Assembly: GCA_965178125.1 (NCBI GenBank)
Contig: OZ237748.1
Span: 930,001-994,000 of the forward strand
DNA length: 64,000 nt
Direction: 5' to 3'
DNA from: Bilabrum cf. latius
Taxonomy: Eukaryota
Under the pieces are notes generated by a model, which saw nothing but the letters and a program-made list of their open reading frames with translations, was not told where the DNA came from and made no database searches. Of this stretch, positions 13,913-25,083 are shown piece by piece. A program made the position numbers and the translations under genes. How positions within the stretch are numbered: position 1 is the first letter of the stretch; every line of letters starts with the position of its first letter.

Positions 13913-14427
13913 ATGGAGGGCCTCTTTGGGCTGGCCGCCAGGGGAGTGGGGCGCATGGACGAAGAGGAGATGGACGGCAGCGGTGCTATGGAGGGCCTCT
14001 TTGGGCTGGCCGCCAGGGGGAGTGGGGCGCATGGACGAAGAGGAGATGGACGGCAGCGGTGCTATGGAGGGCCTCTTTGGGCTGGCCGCCAGGGGGAGTG
14101 GGGCGCATGGACGAAGAGGAGATGGACGGCAGCGGTGCTATGGAGGGCCTCTTTGGGCTGGCCGCCAGGGGGAGTGGGGCGCATGGACGAAGAGGAGATG
14201 GACGGCAGCGGTGGTATGGGGGGCCTCTTTGGGCTGGCCGCCAGGGGGAGTGGGGCGCATGGACGAAGAGGAGATGGACGGCAGCGGTGCGATGGAGGGC
14301 CTCTTTGGGCTGGCCGCCAGGGGAGTGGGGCGCATGGACGAAGAGGAGATGGACGGCAGCGGTGCGATGGAGGGCCTCTTTGGGCTGGCCGCCAGGGGGA
14401 GTGGGGCGCATGGACGAAGAGGAGATG
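13913..14427. repeat. Minisatellite, 75-76 bp unit, ~6.8 copies
   Basis: Unit ATGGAGGGCCTCTTTGGGCTGGCCGCCAGGGGGAGTGGGGCGCATGGACGAAGAGGAGATGGACGGCAGCGGTGCT starts at 13913, 13988, 14064, 14140, 14216, 14292 and 14367, with no spacers. Confidence 0.95.
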
Positions 14428-14710
14428 GGCGGCAATAGGAGCTGGAAACATAGGGGTATGGGTAAGGGGGAGCGAATCATGCAGCCGGATGTCCCGGGTG
14501 ATCTGGTTGACAAGAGCCCCCTCCTTATTGGTATCAACCTGGAGGACGGACCATCGCTGAGGCAGCCTAAGCATGGCTTGTCGAAAGTAGAGAACCTGTC
14601 CGAACATTCGATGCTATGCTGGTTCCGGGTTGGTCAATTAACGGACAGCGATCTGCGTCATAAATCTTGACTTACAGCCATTCATATTTTTTTGATAAGT
14701 TCAATTGATA

Positions 14711-16262
14711 ATGAATTTTGTGAGTCGCTGTCGTGATTGACTGAACCTCCGTATTAATGTTTGGTGTGCGACCACACCGCGCTAGTCGCTCAGTCAACTC
14801 CACTTTGCTCGCAGCAACTCATCATTAACGGCGACAGGGAGGCTGAGGAGCAAAATCCAGGTGTGCAAGCAGTGTTAGCTTCGTATTTTGCTCGTTCCAA
14901 TCATTGCAATTGAGTGCATGCACTCCATGCTGGAGATATCGCTATTCCAATGCTTGATTGTCTCTTAGTAGTACCTTGCAGATGCACCGGTGCCTGCAAT
15001 GTAATAATTTACGCGGTTTATCTGTCTTATGTTGTACCGCTGGCAACTGATGGTGAGATATGATTTGGGGCGCGACTGCGACAGGGTGCCTACGTATTAA
15101 TTGGACGTCGCATCAACCAGGGCAGCCAGAATCGTGGCGTATGCGACTGTCGAAAGGTCATGTGGTTGATCAAGTTCAAGTTTATACGGGAACCCGTCTA
15201 CATGACTGGGTGACGGGTGGGCCTGCAGAATGTCCAAAGGCCACTCAGATCGCATCTACTCCTACTCCGTTTAGGGCTCGCTGCGTGGCACTGGCACTGA
15301 CATCCTCTTTCTCAGCGCAATTTTCCCGCAGACGACGATCAAGTAACTACTGTGAGACGAATCACAACTGCTGAGCATGCGCACTACTTAGTATGTACAG
15401 GGCCGCATGAGATCCTGATGCCCCGCAATGTATGGCCCCGCTAGCCATCGCGAATAGGATCATGTAGTCCCCTCGCAAAAGGGACCGGTTGGGTAGCCGG
15501 ATGATCCTTCATGCATATTGCTGCTCAGCTGCATGCTCCCATTCAAGTCGTGTCGTCCTGACCAGAAACAAAATGCGATGCATTACATTATATGAAGCAA
15601 TGTCAAGCACTGAAGCCTTGCCAGTGCCCTCCCCGCCCCTACACATCCACCGTCTACTACGCGCAGTGTAATGGGGCTTGGCCGGACAAGACCTTCTACA
15701 CCTACGCGATGACCGTTGCGGGATTGGGCGTGGCGCTCGGCTCACTGAACGTTCTGGCCGGGGTCGCCGCTCTGTTGGTGGAGGTGCTACAGCCGATCGC
15801 AAAGTCCGTAATGGGGCTCAACCTGGTCGCGTCCCTCATCACCGGCGGATGGGGGTGAGCATGAGCCATACTTGCACGGATCTTGTGTAGGTCTGCTTGG
15901 AATGCGGCTCTCGCATCGATGCAAGGTCCCGTGTAGACTAGTTCTGTGTGGACGTGCGCATGACCTTGACCCCCCCCCCCCCCTATTGGTCAAACTCGAC
16001 CCTCGGAGTCGACCTTTTGAGTAGCTATCCGTGGATGCCCTGCGACATTGCTGCACCCTTGTCAGGCGACTAGCTTTTACTTCACCCTCGCAGGATCTAC
16101 TTTTACTTCCAGCACAACGACCGCACCAACCAGTGCGACCGAACGGTACGCATCTACGGGGAAGTGTTGTTTTACTTCTCCTTCGTTGGAATGTGCCTGC
16201 TCGTGTGCCTCATCTGCTGCGTGCTGCCCCTTACCATCGGTGCAGCTGCCATGGCAAAATGA
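14711..16262 (+). CDS. Small 4-TM membrane protein, paralog 2
   Basis: Exons 14711-14719 (MNF), 14815-14882, 14982-15052, 20-nt microexon ~15332-15351, ~15667-15854 and ~16094-16262. Peptide CNGAWPDKTFYTYAM...GGWGIYFYFQHNDRTNQCDRTV...CLICCVLP; ends in TGA. Confidence 0.85.
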
Positions 16263-16714
16263 ATGGACCGGTTCTACCATGGCACAGCGATTGCTATGCT
16301 GATACATTGCGTTCGGCGGTACTTCGGATGGTATGTAAGGTCCACTTTGGGCACTCGACTGGTCAGCGGCTGACATGCCTCGGCATCAACAATCCAGTAA
16401 GCGGTTCAAGTCTTAATGCAAGGGACTGTACTACCGAGGGTGCGATTGAGGCACTCGTTGACGAGGAGCGGCTCACTCGCTCGCTCGAGTCTTGGATGCA
16501 ATTCATTTGAATGGCGTGCGTCCCCAACGCGCAAGCGGATACAGGTGACTCTGCTTGAAAGTGTGGGCTGAACGCCACCATGATCCCAATCAGTCCTCGA
16601 ATTTAATGACCAGCTACAGTGTAGCCCTGGTGGCGCACCTTGTCTATCTATTGTCGAGCTGGGTGAGTTGCAGCTGCCTTCGCCAGCCAGGTCGAGCATC
16701 CAAACAAGGATATC

Positions 16715-16978
16715 ATGTTGTAACTTCACGTAATCGTCGTGCCCACCCTGCCTGGCTGCCTCCAGTGGAAACACCACTCAGGTTCATCCACACCCCGGCA
16801 GTCATCCACTGTATACCGTATCATCCACTTTGCCCTCGATCTCAAGTCATCCAGCCAGATTGCCCTGTTGGCATGCCCAGTCTCAACCGTTCGGCCAATT
16901 CAATAGGCCTGCCCTCTGCAGCGGCTTGGAGCACCATCTTGGACATTCGCGTCCCCATTGGCCTCCACTGCATTCCTG
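16715..16978 (-). pseudogene. Degenerate copy of the ankyrin-like C-terminal cassette
   Basis: RNAVEANGDA..MVLQAAAEGRPIELAERLRLG...VVFPLEAARQGGHDDYVKL, broken by frameshifts and TGA codons. Confidence 0.75.
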
Positions 16979-17284
16979 TAGACTACCTCAGAAGGTGGCC
17001 AGGTGGTCGCCACAGGTTAATCGAGGCGCTGACCTCAGGAGGCTCTTGCAAACTCCCCACCCTCTTCACTTATTACGAACACGATTCGCAGGCCTGGTGT
17101 TTGCACTCTTATGAGAAACTGTAACCGCTGAGTGGTTCTCGCTCACGATATTCCCGAACTTCGCTATTGGTGGCTGTTGGTCGCAAGCCACGACCCAGCG
17201 GAACCGGCAAGCTGCGCGGCGACAAACGGATGAGAACATAGTCTCAAAGTCCAGTACAGTTTTCGCAGGAATCTTAGAGCCAAG

Positions 17285-18665
17285 ATGAATTTCGTAAGAT
17301 AAAGACAGTTTAATGATACTTTTATTGCAGTTGCCATTCAACATTCCTACAGCCATGTTTAGGCTACAATTGCTGACCGAACCACGCAGCAGCTTGCAAT
17401 CGGCGGTGACAGGGCAGAGGAGGGGAATCCAGGCGCCAATGCTTGGTAAGCAACAGCAATAGTAATTGTTCATGTGTTGTGATAGGGTCGAAATGGATGT
17501 TTTGTAGCCCAAAACAGCTGTAAAGCTGTCCGTGTGATTGTCTACCCGTGGATTGCTAGCATTCAACTCGCATCGCAGCGTTTCTGGCGTGTGCGGAGTC
17601 GTAATTTACGCTGTATTCCTCTCATATGTTGTACCTGTGGCAACTGATGGTAAGATAAGCTGAATATGTCGTGTGATTCTATGAACCGACCAGGTTTCCT
17701 GCCGGCTCTCCTCCCTCGGGTAGCGACTGGCAGTGGAGTGTATTCTTATCAGGAGCTGCCGGCAATCGGATGCAACATTGTTTTATTCTCGGTTGCTGAC
17801 AATTGATCCGCAATGTCCTTTCCCTCTCACAACGCAGACGATGAAGCGGTAACCACAGTGAGGTGCAGTGCAATGCAGCGCGCATCAATGCATCCATTCG
17901 TTGCTCGCGCCATTCGAAGCTGTCTCTCAGCAAATCCTTTGGCTGGGTACCCCATTCTACAAACTGTGTGTTGATCAGCCAGAAACAATCACATGTTCAT
18001 TGCTCATCCCACTCGTCATCATTATCCTTCGCAGTGCAACGGGGCTTGGCCGGACAACACCTTCTACACATACGCGATGACCGTCGGCGGTTTGGGCGTG
18101 GCCATCAGCGCACTCAACATCATCGTCGGACTGGCTGCGATCGTGATCGAGGCTATCGCGCCCCTTCTCCAGGCGATCGGCGGTCTCAGCGGCATCACCA
18201 TGTTCATCATCGGCGGATGGGGGTGAGAGAGAGCGTGTGCATTGCACCCACTGTATTGGACTGTGCAACCCGTTTGGATTGGAGCATTGATTGCTTATTG
18301 CCGGTCGTTGCTGCTAGGTTCCCCCGAAGTCGGTTTGTGCTGCGGCCTGCATTATGGAAGGGGGTGGGGGCGGGGGGCGGGGGGGGGAAGAAGGGTCCAG
18401 CGGCCTGAATACAATGGGCAATCTACCGATAGTCGCCGCCAGTTGTACGTGTTACCACTCATTTGCACTCATTTGATCGCGTGTGGTGCCCTGAATTCCC
18501 CGCAGGATCTATTTTTTCTTCCAGCACAACGACCGCACCAACCAGTGCGACCGGACGGTACGCATCTACGGTGAAGTGCTCTTCTACTTCTCCTTTGTGG
18601 GCATGTGCCTCGTGGTGTGCCTCATCTGTTGCGTGGTACCGCTGATGTTTGCTGTCGCCAAGTGA
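17285..18665 (+). CDS. Small 4-TM membrane protein, paralog 3
   Basis: Exons 17285-17293 (MNF), 17390-17445, 17579-17649, 20-nt microexon ~17838-17857, ~18035-18222 and ~18506-18665. Same exon phases as paralog 2; ends in TGA. Confidence 0.85.
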
Positions 18666-19264
18666 GTGTGCCGCGGCATGCTGGCAGATGGCGACTGCCA
18701 ATGGCTACGATCAGAGGACGAACACAAGAAGGGGTACGGGGTATGTTGCGGTGCGGCCAGTTTACGGCTACCAGTTGCTGCCTTGTGCCTGTGTTTTTGT
18801 GTGAAGTGTGGACGCGAGCGCGACGCAGATGTCGCTGCTAGTTTGTAGGGAAAGGTTACGCGTTGGACACAGAGAGGCTGCTGCGGCATTTGGCATGTGG
18901 GTGTGTGCGCAGCTTGCTAGGATTGTGTCCTAAGCTCCAAGGCATGCCACGGAGCTGCGTAGTAGGTCGCCAGAGACATCTAGTTTGGGCCGAGATGAGG
19001 CCATACTGGATCACCTGGCATGTGTTTGAAGTCCCATACACTTCTTGGATATGTTTCCGCTCGAGCCTAGGCTCTAGGTTTTACCATACTCTCCTGAATA
19101 TGTATCCACGAATCACCCCTTTCCGTCCTAGGTCTTGCTGTAGACGCCAGCAGTACAGATCTACCCGTAGCCTTGGCTAGTAAGTAATACCCTTGTATCC
19201 ATACTAATGATGGCTCCATACATCCGGATTGCTGCGGATGCGGCAAGCATGTCACTGCCGCACG

Positions 19265-19400
19265 TACCCGGTACACGAAAAATCAAACTATGTTGCGAAC
19301 ATTCGTACTTATCTAGATTCTAGACTCGTGTCATCAGCTGCCTTCAGTAAACAGCAAGAGGCAAAGGCAGCCCGTTGGATGGCCTTGCAGCCATCTGCAC
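19265..19400 (+). pseudogene. Possible relic of an ankyrin-gene terminal exon
   Basis: YVANIRTYLDSRLVSSAAFSKQQEAKAA resembles the linkers TAAIRSYIKRRLFALMAWRRCGEAKRDA (43320) and VVSIRNFKSRTQTLYRFRRAVEAKRDA (3945). The similarity is short. Confidence 0.35.
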
Positions 19401-20040
19401 TCGTGCGGCAGGTGGCGCCCGCGGGCCTTTTGCCGGCCCGACAGGAGTAGGATCGGGGGCACCGTCAGTGCTTCGCGCTCGCAGGAAGGTGTGGTCAAAG
19501 GGGGCCGGGGGCGCAAGCGGGCGCGGTGGGGACAATACCAGGGGAGGCGATGACGGAAATGATGGGTCGGATCATTCCACGGAAGGAAACGCGACAATGG
19601 GAGGCGCGAAGAAAGAGAGGCGGGCAGGAAGCCTTAATCTACGCGGTCGAGAGGGGCTCGGGAGGCTTGCGTGCAGATTTAGAGACATAGGCGAGAATTT
19701 GAGCGTTGGGACTTGTATGTGGCACGTGCAGAACTTGGTGCCAATGTGACATGATCAAATCTGCAAACATTTTCAAGCATGCATGTCCGATGTAGGGCGC
19801 GGCGGACATTGGAGCATGTTTTACGCTCAGCATTTCTAAGAGCCAGCAAGTTAAGTGATAATACCCACTATCTATGGATTGATTCATTGATGTTTATAGA
19901 CTAGTATGCAGTAGATTCTATGAGACTAGTGTGTTAAGTCCAGTCTGGAGTTTGTGTTCCGTTCGTGCACTCGTCACACACAACCGCAAGTGGATAAACT
20001 CAGGCACTGCAAGCTCAATCTTTTGGTTGCCCCGTCCGAT

Positions 20041-22175
20041 ATGGAATCTGGTACTGTTGGAGAACTTAGCGCAGCACTAATCGTATCTTGCAGCGGTTTC
20101 GATCCAGACTTGGAGAACGAGGTGAGATTCGTGTGCTGGTGTGTAGGTATGGACCACATGGTCAATCCAACACAAAAACGCTGCTCGCAACAGGCTTTGA
20201 TGAGACAGCGTCCGCCATTGATAATGCAGGTCGGATGGACACCAATGGTACTGGCGTCTTGTCGAGGTGACGTCGATAGCGTACGGACGATCTGGAAGAT
20301 GGGCGGCACTGCCGGCAGGCATGGAATCGTGAGAGCATCGATCGCACGGTGGGACCTGTGCGCCACTCCAATGATGATAATATGCCAAATATACACAATG
20401 TCTCCCATATAGTGGCTGCTTAAACCGCAGGAGTGCCGGTTGAGCGTCTGTTCTGGTCCAGGTAAACACTTATCAAGCACAGGGCGCAAATGCGCTTTCG
20501 GGTAGGTTGACGGACGGTCTCAGAACGCAATATTTGGCATCGACCCAATTCAACTCGAACATCATGACATTGTAAGCTTGCTTTCACAGGATACATACTG
20601 TTACGATGTTGCATTATATGAAAACAGTTTGTGTATTGCCACCTAGCTGTAGTATTCTTGTGATGCAACATGATGTAGTGACACCTTAGGAATAGTAGAT
20701 AATTGTAGATAAAAAATGCTTGTGGCACTTGGATCGTCGCATCGCAGCTGCTAAAGACCGTTGTCAGCCTAGCGAAAGGGTTCTACAAGGACTTCCTGAA
20801 GAAGTGGCCCGCAGAGCTGGACAACTACCGGGTCTGGATTCGTGATACTGGTGAATCACATGCTGTGACACCTCACGGTAAGGCTAGGCCTCCGCCATGG
20901 AGGCTCTTGCCGGCCCATGGAGCGGATTGGGTGGCAATGGCACGGGCGTCCGACGATCCTGTAGACCTCATGCTGGAGGTATTCTCACCAAACAGTGGAT
21001 GGCAACGCGGCAATGCAGTGCAGCCCGGCCGATGCGGTGCCATGGGCTGGGACTACCCGGACTGGGACGAGGTCGAGTTCAGGAGGGGGCTGAAGGCAGG
21101 GGATCGGGTGGACGTGATGGACTCGGATCATGTGTGGAGGGAGGCCGAGATTTTCGAGACGGGGGGAGAGCCTAAGCTGAATGCAAGGCAACTTGCAGGA
21201 ATAGGATCAAAGTCTGAGCGCGACGAGTAGCCAGAGATCTGCCGAATGCTCGGGGCGAGGGAACCCGGCAGCATGGATGGACTGCCTGGCAAGGACGACT
21301 TGATTCAAGTGCGCTTTAGGACGTGGGACGCAAGGTTCAATGAGTTTTTCAGGAGGAGCAGCTGGCGGATCCAGCCAGCTTGGAGCCGGATATGGAATTT
21401 CCGACGGTTTGAGAAAGGTGATTGGGTGCAGTTTATGCACCTCTTCCCGTCTGCTAGTAGCAGATATCGCCGGCGATGGTACGATAGCAAAGTGACCCAT
21501 GTGGCCGCTAGACTTGATGGCCACCAAACCGACACGTCGGGAAGTGACCCATGTGGCGGTATTACAGTACAAGCCTACTACCAAGAAGACTCCGAAGTGG
21601 GCAAAGGCCGGCAGTTTACGTTCCCGTTCGACTCGCCCGATCTGGCACCAGTGGGTGAGCACCAGACAAGGTGGGGCATCAATTGGCGACCAAACCCGAG
21701 GAATCGGAACCAGGCTACTGCGCCAGACGCGTCGTCGATGCAGCGATATATGGTCGCATGTTCAAAGCTGGTGTCGGCTTTGGATGCTCGCCTAAAGGAC
21801 AGCTCTGTAGCTGCAGGCTCAGAGGACCGGCACGGTTCTAATGGACGAAGCTAGCCAAAGCTTGCAGGCTGCGATAAAGACCACCAATCAAGAAATCGCA
21901 GCTTGCTCCAATGGAGGCGGGCAGTAGAGGCCAGAAAGGACGCAGGCATGGTGTTCCAGGCGGCGAGCGAGGGCAGGCCACTGGAGCTCGCCAGGAGGCT
22001 GAGGCTGGGCAAGCTGGCAAGAGGGCACGTGGCGCGCAAGCTGGGTGCAGATGGATTTACTCGGACCCCTCTTCAGGCAGCGCTGGCGAACGGTCACATG
22101 GAGTGCGCGAGGCTGCTAGTAGTATTTGGAGCCCCCATTCCAAGTGCTTCGAGTGGTACCGACAAAACCCGCTGA
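20041..22175 (+). CDS. Ankyrin repeat(s) + tandem Royal-family (MBT/Tudor-like) barrel region + variant C-terminal cassette
   Basis: Ankyrin exon 20230-20328 (VGWTPMVLASCRGDVDSV). Terminal exon 20748-22175 is open except TAG at 21228 and 21852 and contains FRRGLKAGDRVDVMDSDHVWREAEI...VRFRTWDARFNEF...RIQP...FEKGDWV...WYDSKV. The start and middle exons are uncertain. Confidence 0.65.
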
Positions 22176-22271
22176 TCCATTTGGATGTGGTTTTGTCGGT
22201 ACCTGGATTTGCCAAAAATGTTCCTCATTCAAGAATTCATCGAATCTTATACGTGAATTTATCGGGATGTA

Positions 22272-24804
22272 TCAGCCCAAATCGCCTAGTCTGGCCTTTG
22301 CCTCTTGCGCGGCAAACGTCTCCCTAGCCCGCAGTACGCCGACCATGTCCGTGGCTGCCTCCTCCAATAGCTCCACGCACTCGTCATGTCCACCTAACCG
22401 AGCCGCTTCCAGCGGACCCACCACCCTGGTCCCGCCCGCCCCGTCCTCCACCTCTCCAGTGATATCCAGCCCGCCCGCCAGCTTGCCCATCTTAAGCCTC
22501 TTCTCCAGCTCCATGGGCCTGCCCTCGCTCGCCGCACGGAAGACTCGCTATGCGTCCCTTCCAGCCACCGATGCCAGCCTGTGCCTGATGACGTCAACCC
22601 TCCTCAGGAGGGCGATGGCGGGTGCAGAGCCCCGGGGACACGCAGCCCTCAGGATGCCTAAACAGGCATGTGTTCCCTGAGGAACACCCTCTCTGATCGC
22701 GAGGATGAGGCCGCGGGCAGTGTCTGTGTCGGGGAGTGGCGCCGCGGCTTTTTTCTTCCAGATCTCGCGCACCTCTCCAGTCTTTTTGTTCCGGACCTTC
22801 ACCTTTCGCAGCTGCATGATCGGATCTGCAGCTTTGGGAGGCAGGATGCTGGACAAGGGCTGGATCTGTAGATCTAGTCCCCCGCGCACATGCGTGGTCG
22901 GGATGGGGCACTGCACTGCGGTGCTGGCCCCGAGCGCCAGCAGGCATGCCACTGTGGCTGGGTCATGGAGGAAGATCGATTCCGCTAGAGGGCTGAATCC
23001 GGGCCGCAGCACGAGTGGCTCTGTTGCGCCTATCCCTCGGATTTGTTGAGTCCACGGTGTTTCCCTAGGCATCGGCAGTCGTCCTGTTTCATGATCGCCT
23101 CCCTACCTAGTCTTCATTGCTGCGGCCTTCGGAGTGATTATTAGTCCTGCTGACTGCTTTTCTCCGAGACTGTGTGATGCGGTCGGTCTTGCACCACCAT
23201 GCAGTGCACATCCACTACCCGTGCTGTCCTCTTCGGGTCCTTCGTACTCTGGCAATGTCCCGCCTCGCTGGCCAGAGGATTCATAGTTTGCGCTCAGGCG
23301 CCCAATGTACGTATCTCTGTCATTCTTGATCCAAGGGGCCATTGCCCTCCTCCCGTCGAGGAGAAGCCTCTGCCACTGGGCGACGTATCTCTGTCATTCT
23401 TGATCCAAGGGGCCATTGCCCTCCTCCCGTCGAGGAGAAGCCTCTGCCACTGGGCGACGTATCTCTGTCATTCTTGATCCAAGGGGCCATTGCCCTCCTC
23501 CCGTCGAGGAGAAGCCTCTGCCACTGGGCGACGTATCTCTGTCATTCTTGATCCAAGGGGCCATTGCCCTCCTCCCGTCGAGGAGAAGCCTCTGCCACTG
23601 GGCGACCGAGGGAACCCAGCTGGCGGGGATCGGATGATGGGTGTGACGAGTGAGCATATCGGGATCTGGATGCGAGCCAGCATCGGCTGGACGGTGGGTT
23701 GACGATATGGCTGTACTCGTCACACGGGAGATCGATGGCCCGGGGGGGACACCACTTGCAGTGCTTGGACAATCGTCACCATCGTTTCCGCCTGCACCTG
23801 CGCCTGCACTGTGCCGTTCGGCTGGAGAGGGGGAGGGAGGGAATCGGCACTATCGTGCACTGCACTTGCACCAGGCCTCCCTTGATCTCCCCCATCTTCT
23901 CCCGCGGGCTCTTCCTAATCCAAGCACCTCGCGTCTGGCCAAAACCGGAACCCCCTGATCCGCCGGTCTACACCACAGCCCATCAGGTAAGGGAGCGAGA
24001 CCCCCCCCAGGAATCGCTGGGCCTCGCGGAGAAACTGTTGTTCCGGGGGGGGGGGCACTCGCGGAGTGCCAGGGGGGCATACCCACCTCCCTCCTAGCCC
24101 AATCCATCGCGGCGCCGCAGAAGCGGAACCTGTCTTCGGGGCTCGATCGTCCGGTGTAGGCCACGAGTACCGAGGGCCTGGGCACGGGCCTGGCTCTCAC
24201 CATTTCCACAATGCACCTCCACTGTCCCCTGCGGGCTGCAGCGTGAATAACATTGATCAGCTGGTAGGTCGTCTTCGGGACGTCCTGCGGGTGCATTGAA
24301 CTGTGGTGCATACGAAAGAATGGTGCAGTGCCTGGCACTGCCAGCTGTTGCACGTTGATCTGGAGACTAGTCTCTTTCGTTCTGCCAGAGCGAGTAGAAA
24401 CAAGTAATCAACTCCTCACGATTCGGACTGTGAATGTCTGCATTGGATCAGCCCCGCATCGCATTAACGCTCGCACTGCATCTGCCCTGCCTTGCGCTGC
24501 GGCGGTGTGCAGCAGAGTGGCGGCTCCCTGCAGTACGCCGAATATGACGCAGGAAGACTTTCCTAAGGCTTCGACTAATCGTATTCACATACAATACGTG
24601 TACTTTTGAACATGAATGGCTTACGTTACGGCCCGCAACGTTCCGTAAAGGCATGTTTATCATCGCAAGCATCCTCGGGTCATCCCGGACAATCTGCACG
24701 ATGCGAATGCCGTCGTTCTGATCTACAGCATCGTGGAGCGCTCGCAGGGCAAGTGTAGGATCTTTCGGGATCGCTTCTAGACCTGATGCCATCATTCGGT
24801 GCAT
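22272..24804 (-). pseudogene. Ankyrin-repeat gene with C-terminal cassette, interrupted by a 4x74-bp tandem amplification (or an assembly artefact)
   Basis: Exons 24804-24625, 24527-24420 (GAATLLHTAAAQGRADAVRALMRCGADP) and 24359-22272. The last exon stays in one frame with TAG at 23850, 23103 and 22548. Its only internal TGA (23394) is created by the repeat. Confidence 0.7.
23310..23605. repeat. Perfect tandem repeat, 74 bp x 4
   Basis: Identical units start at 23310, 23384, 23458 and 23532, with no spacers. Confidence 0.97.
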
Positions 24805-24889
24805 TCGTGCCCTGTTCTTGTGCTGTCATCTAGGGATCCTGGGTACCACTCTCGTCACACACGCATGACATCCCCGCCGGATTCTGAAG

Positions 24890-25065
24890 GCCTACATGGA
24901 CTGCGTGAGGCAGCTGGTGATATTTGAAGTTCCCATTCTGAATGTTACGGGTGGACCCGACAAACTCTGCTCGTGTGGTTGCCACCCGATTCGGTGGCTC
25001 CACTCTTCCGACTTTTCTCCGAGTTTGCCAGGAACGTTCCTCATTCACGCATCCATCGTTCGAGC
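24890..25065 (+). repeat. Diverged direct copy of 22090-22255 (3' end and UTR of the ankyrin/Royal gene)
   Basis: YMDCVRQLVIFEVPILNVTGGPDK aligns with HMECARLLVVFGAPIPSASSGTDK. TTTGCCAGGAACGTTCCTCATTCACGCATCCATCG aligns with TTTGCCAAAAATGTTCCTCATTCAAGAATTCATCG. Confidence 0.7.
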
Positions 25066-25083
25066 CATTTGGTGGCATCGTTG

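Noticed and set aside
24973-25083. N-terminal extension of the 639-aa track ORF
   Set aside because: It starts at GTG and overlaps the duplicated 3'-end relic (24890-25065); ATG 25084 is preferred.
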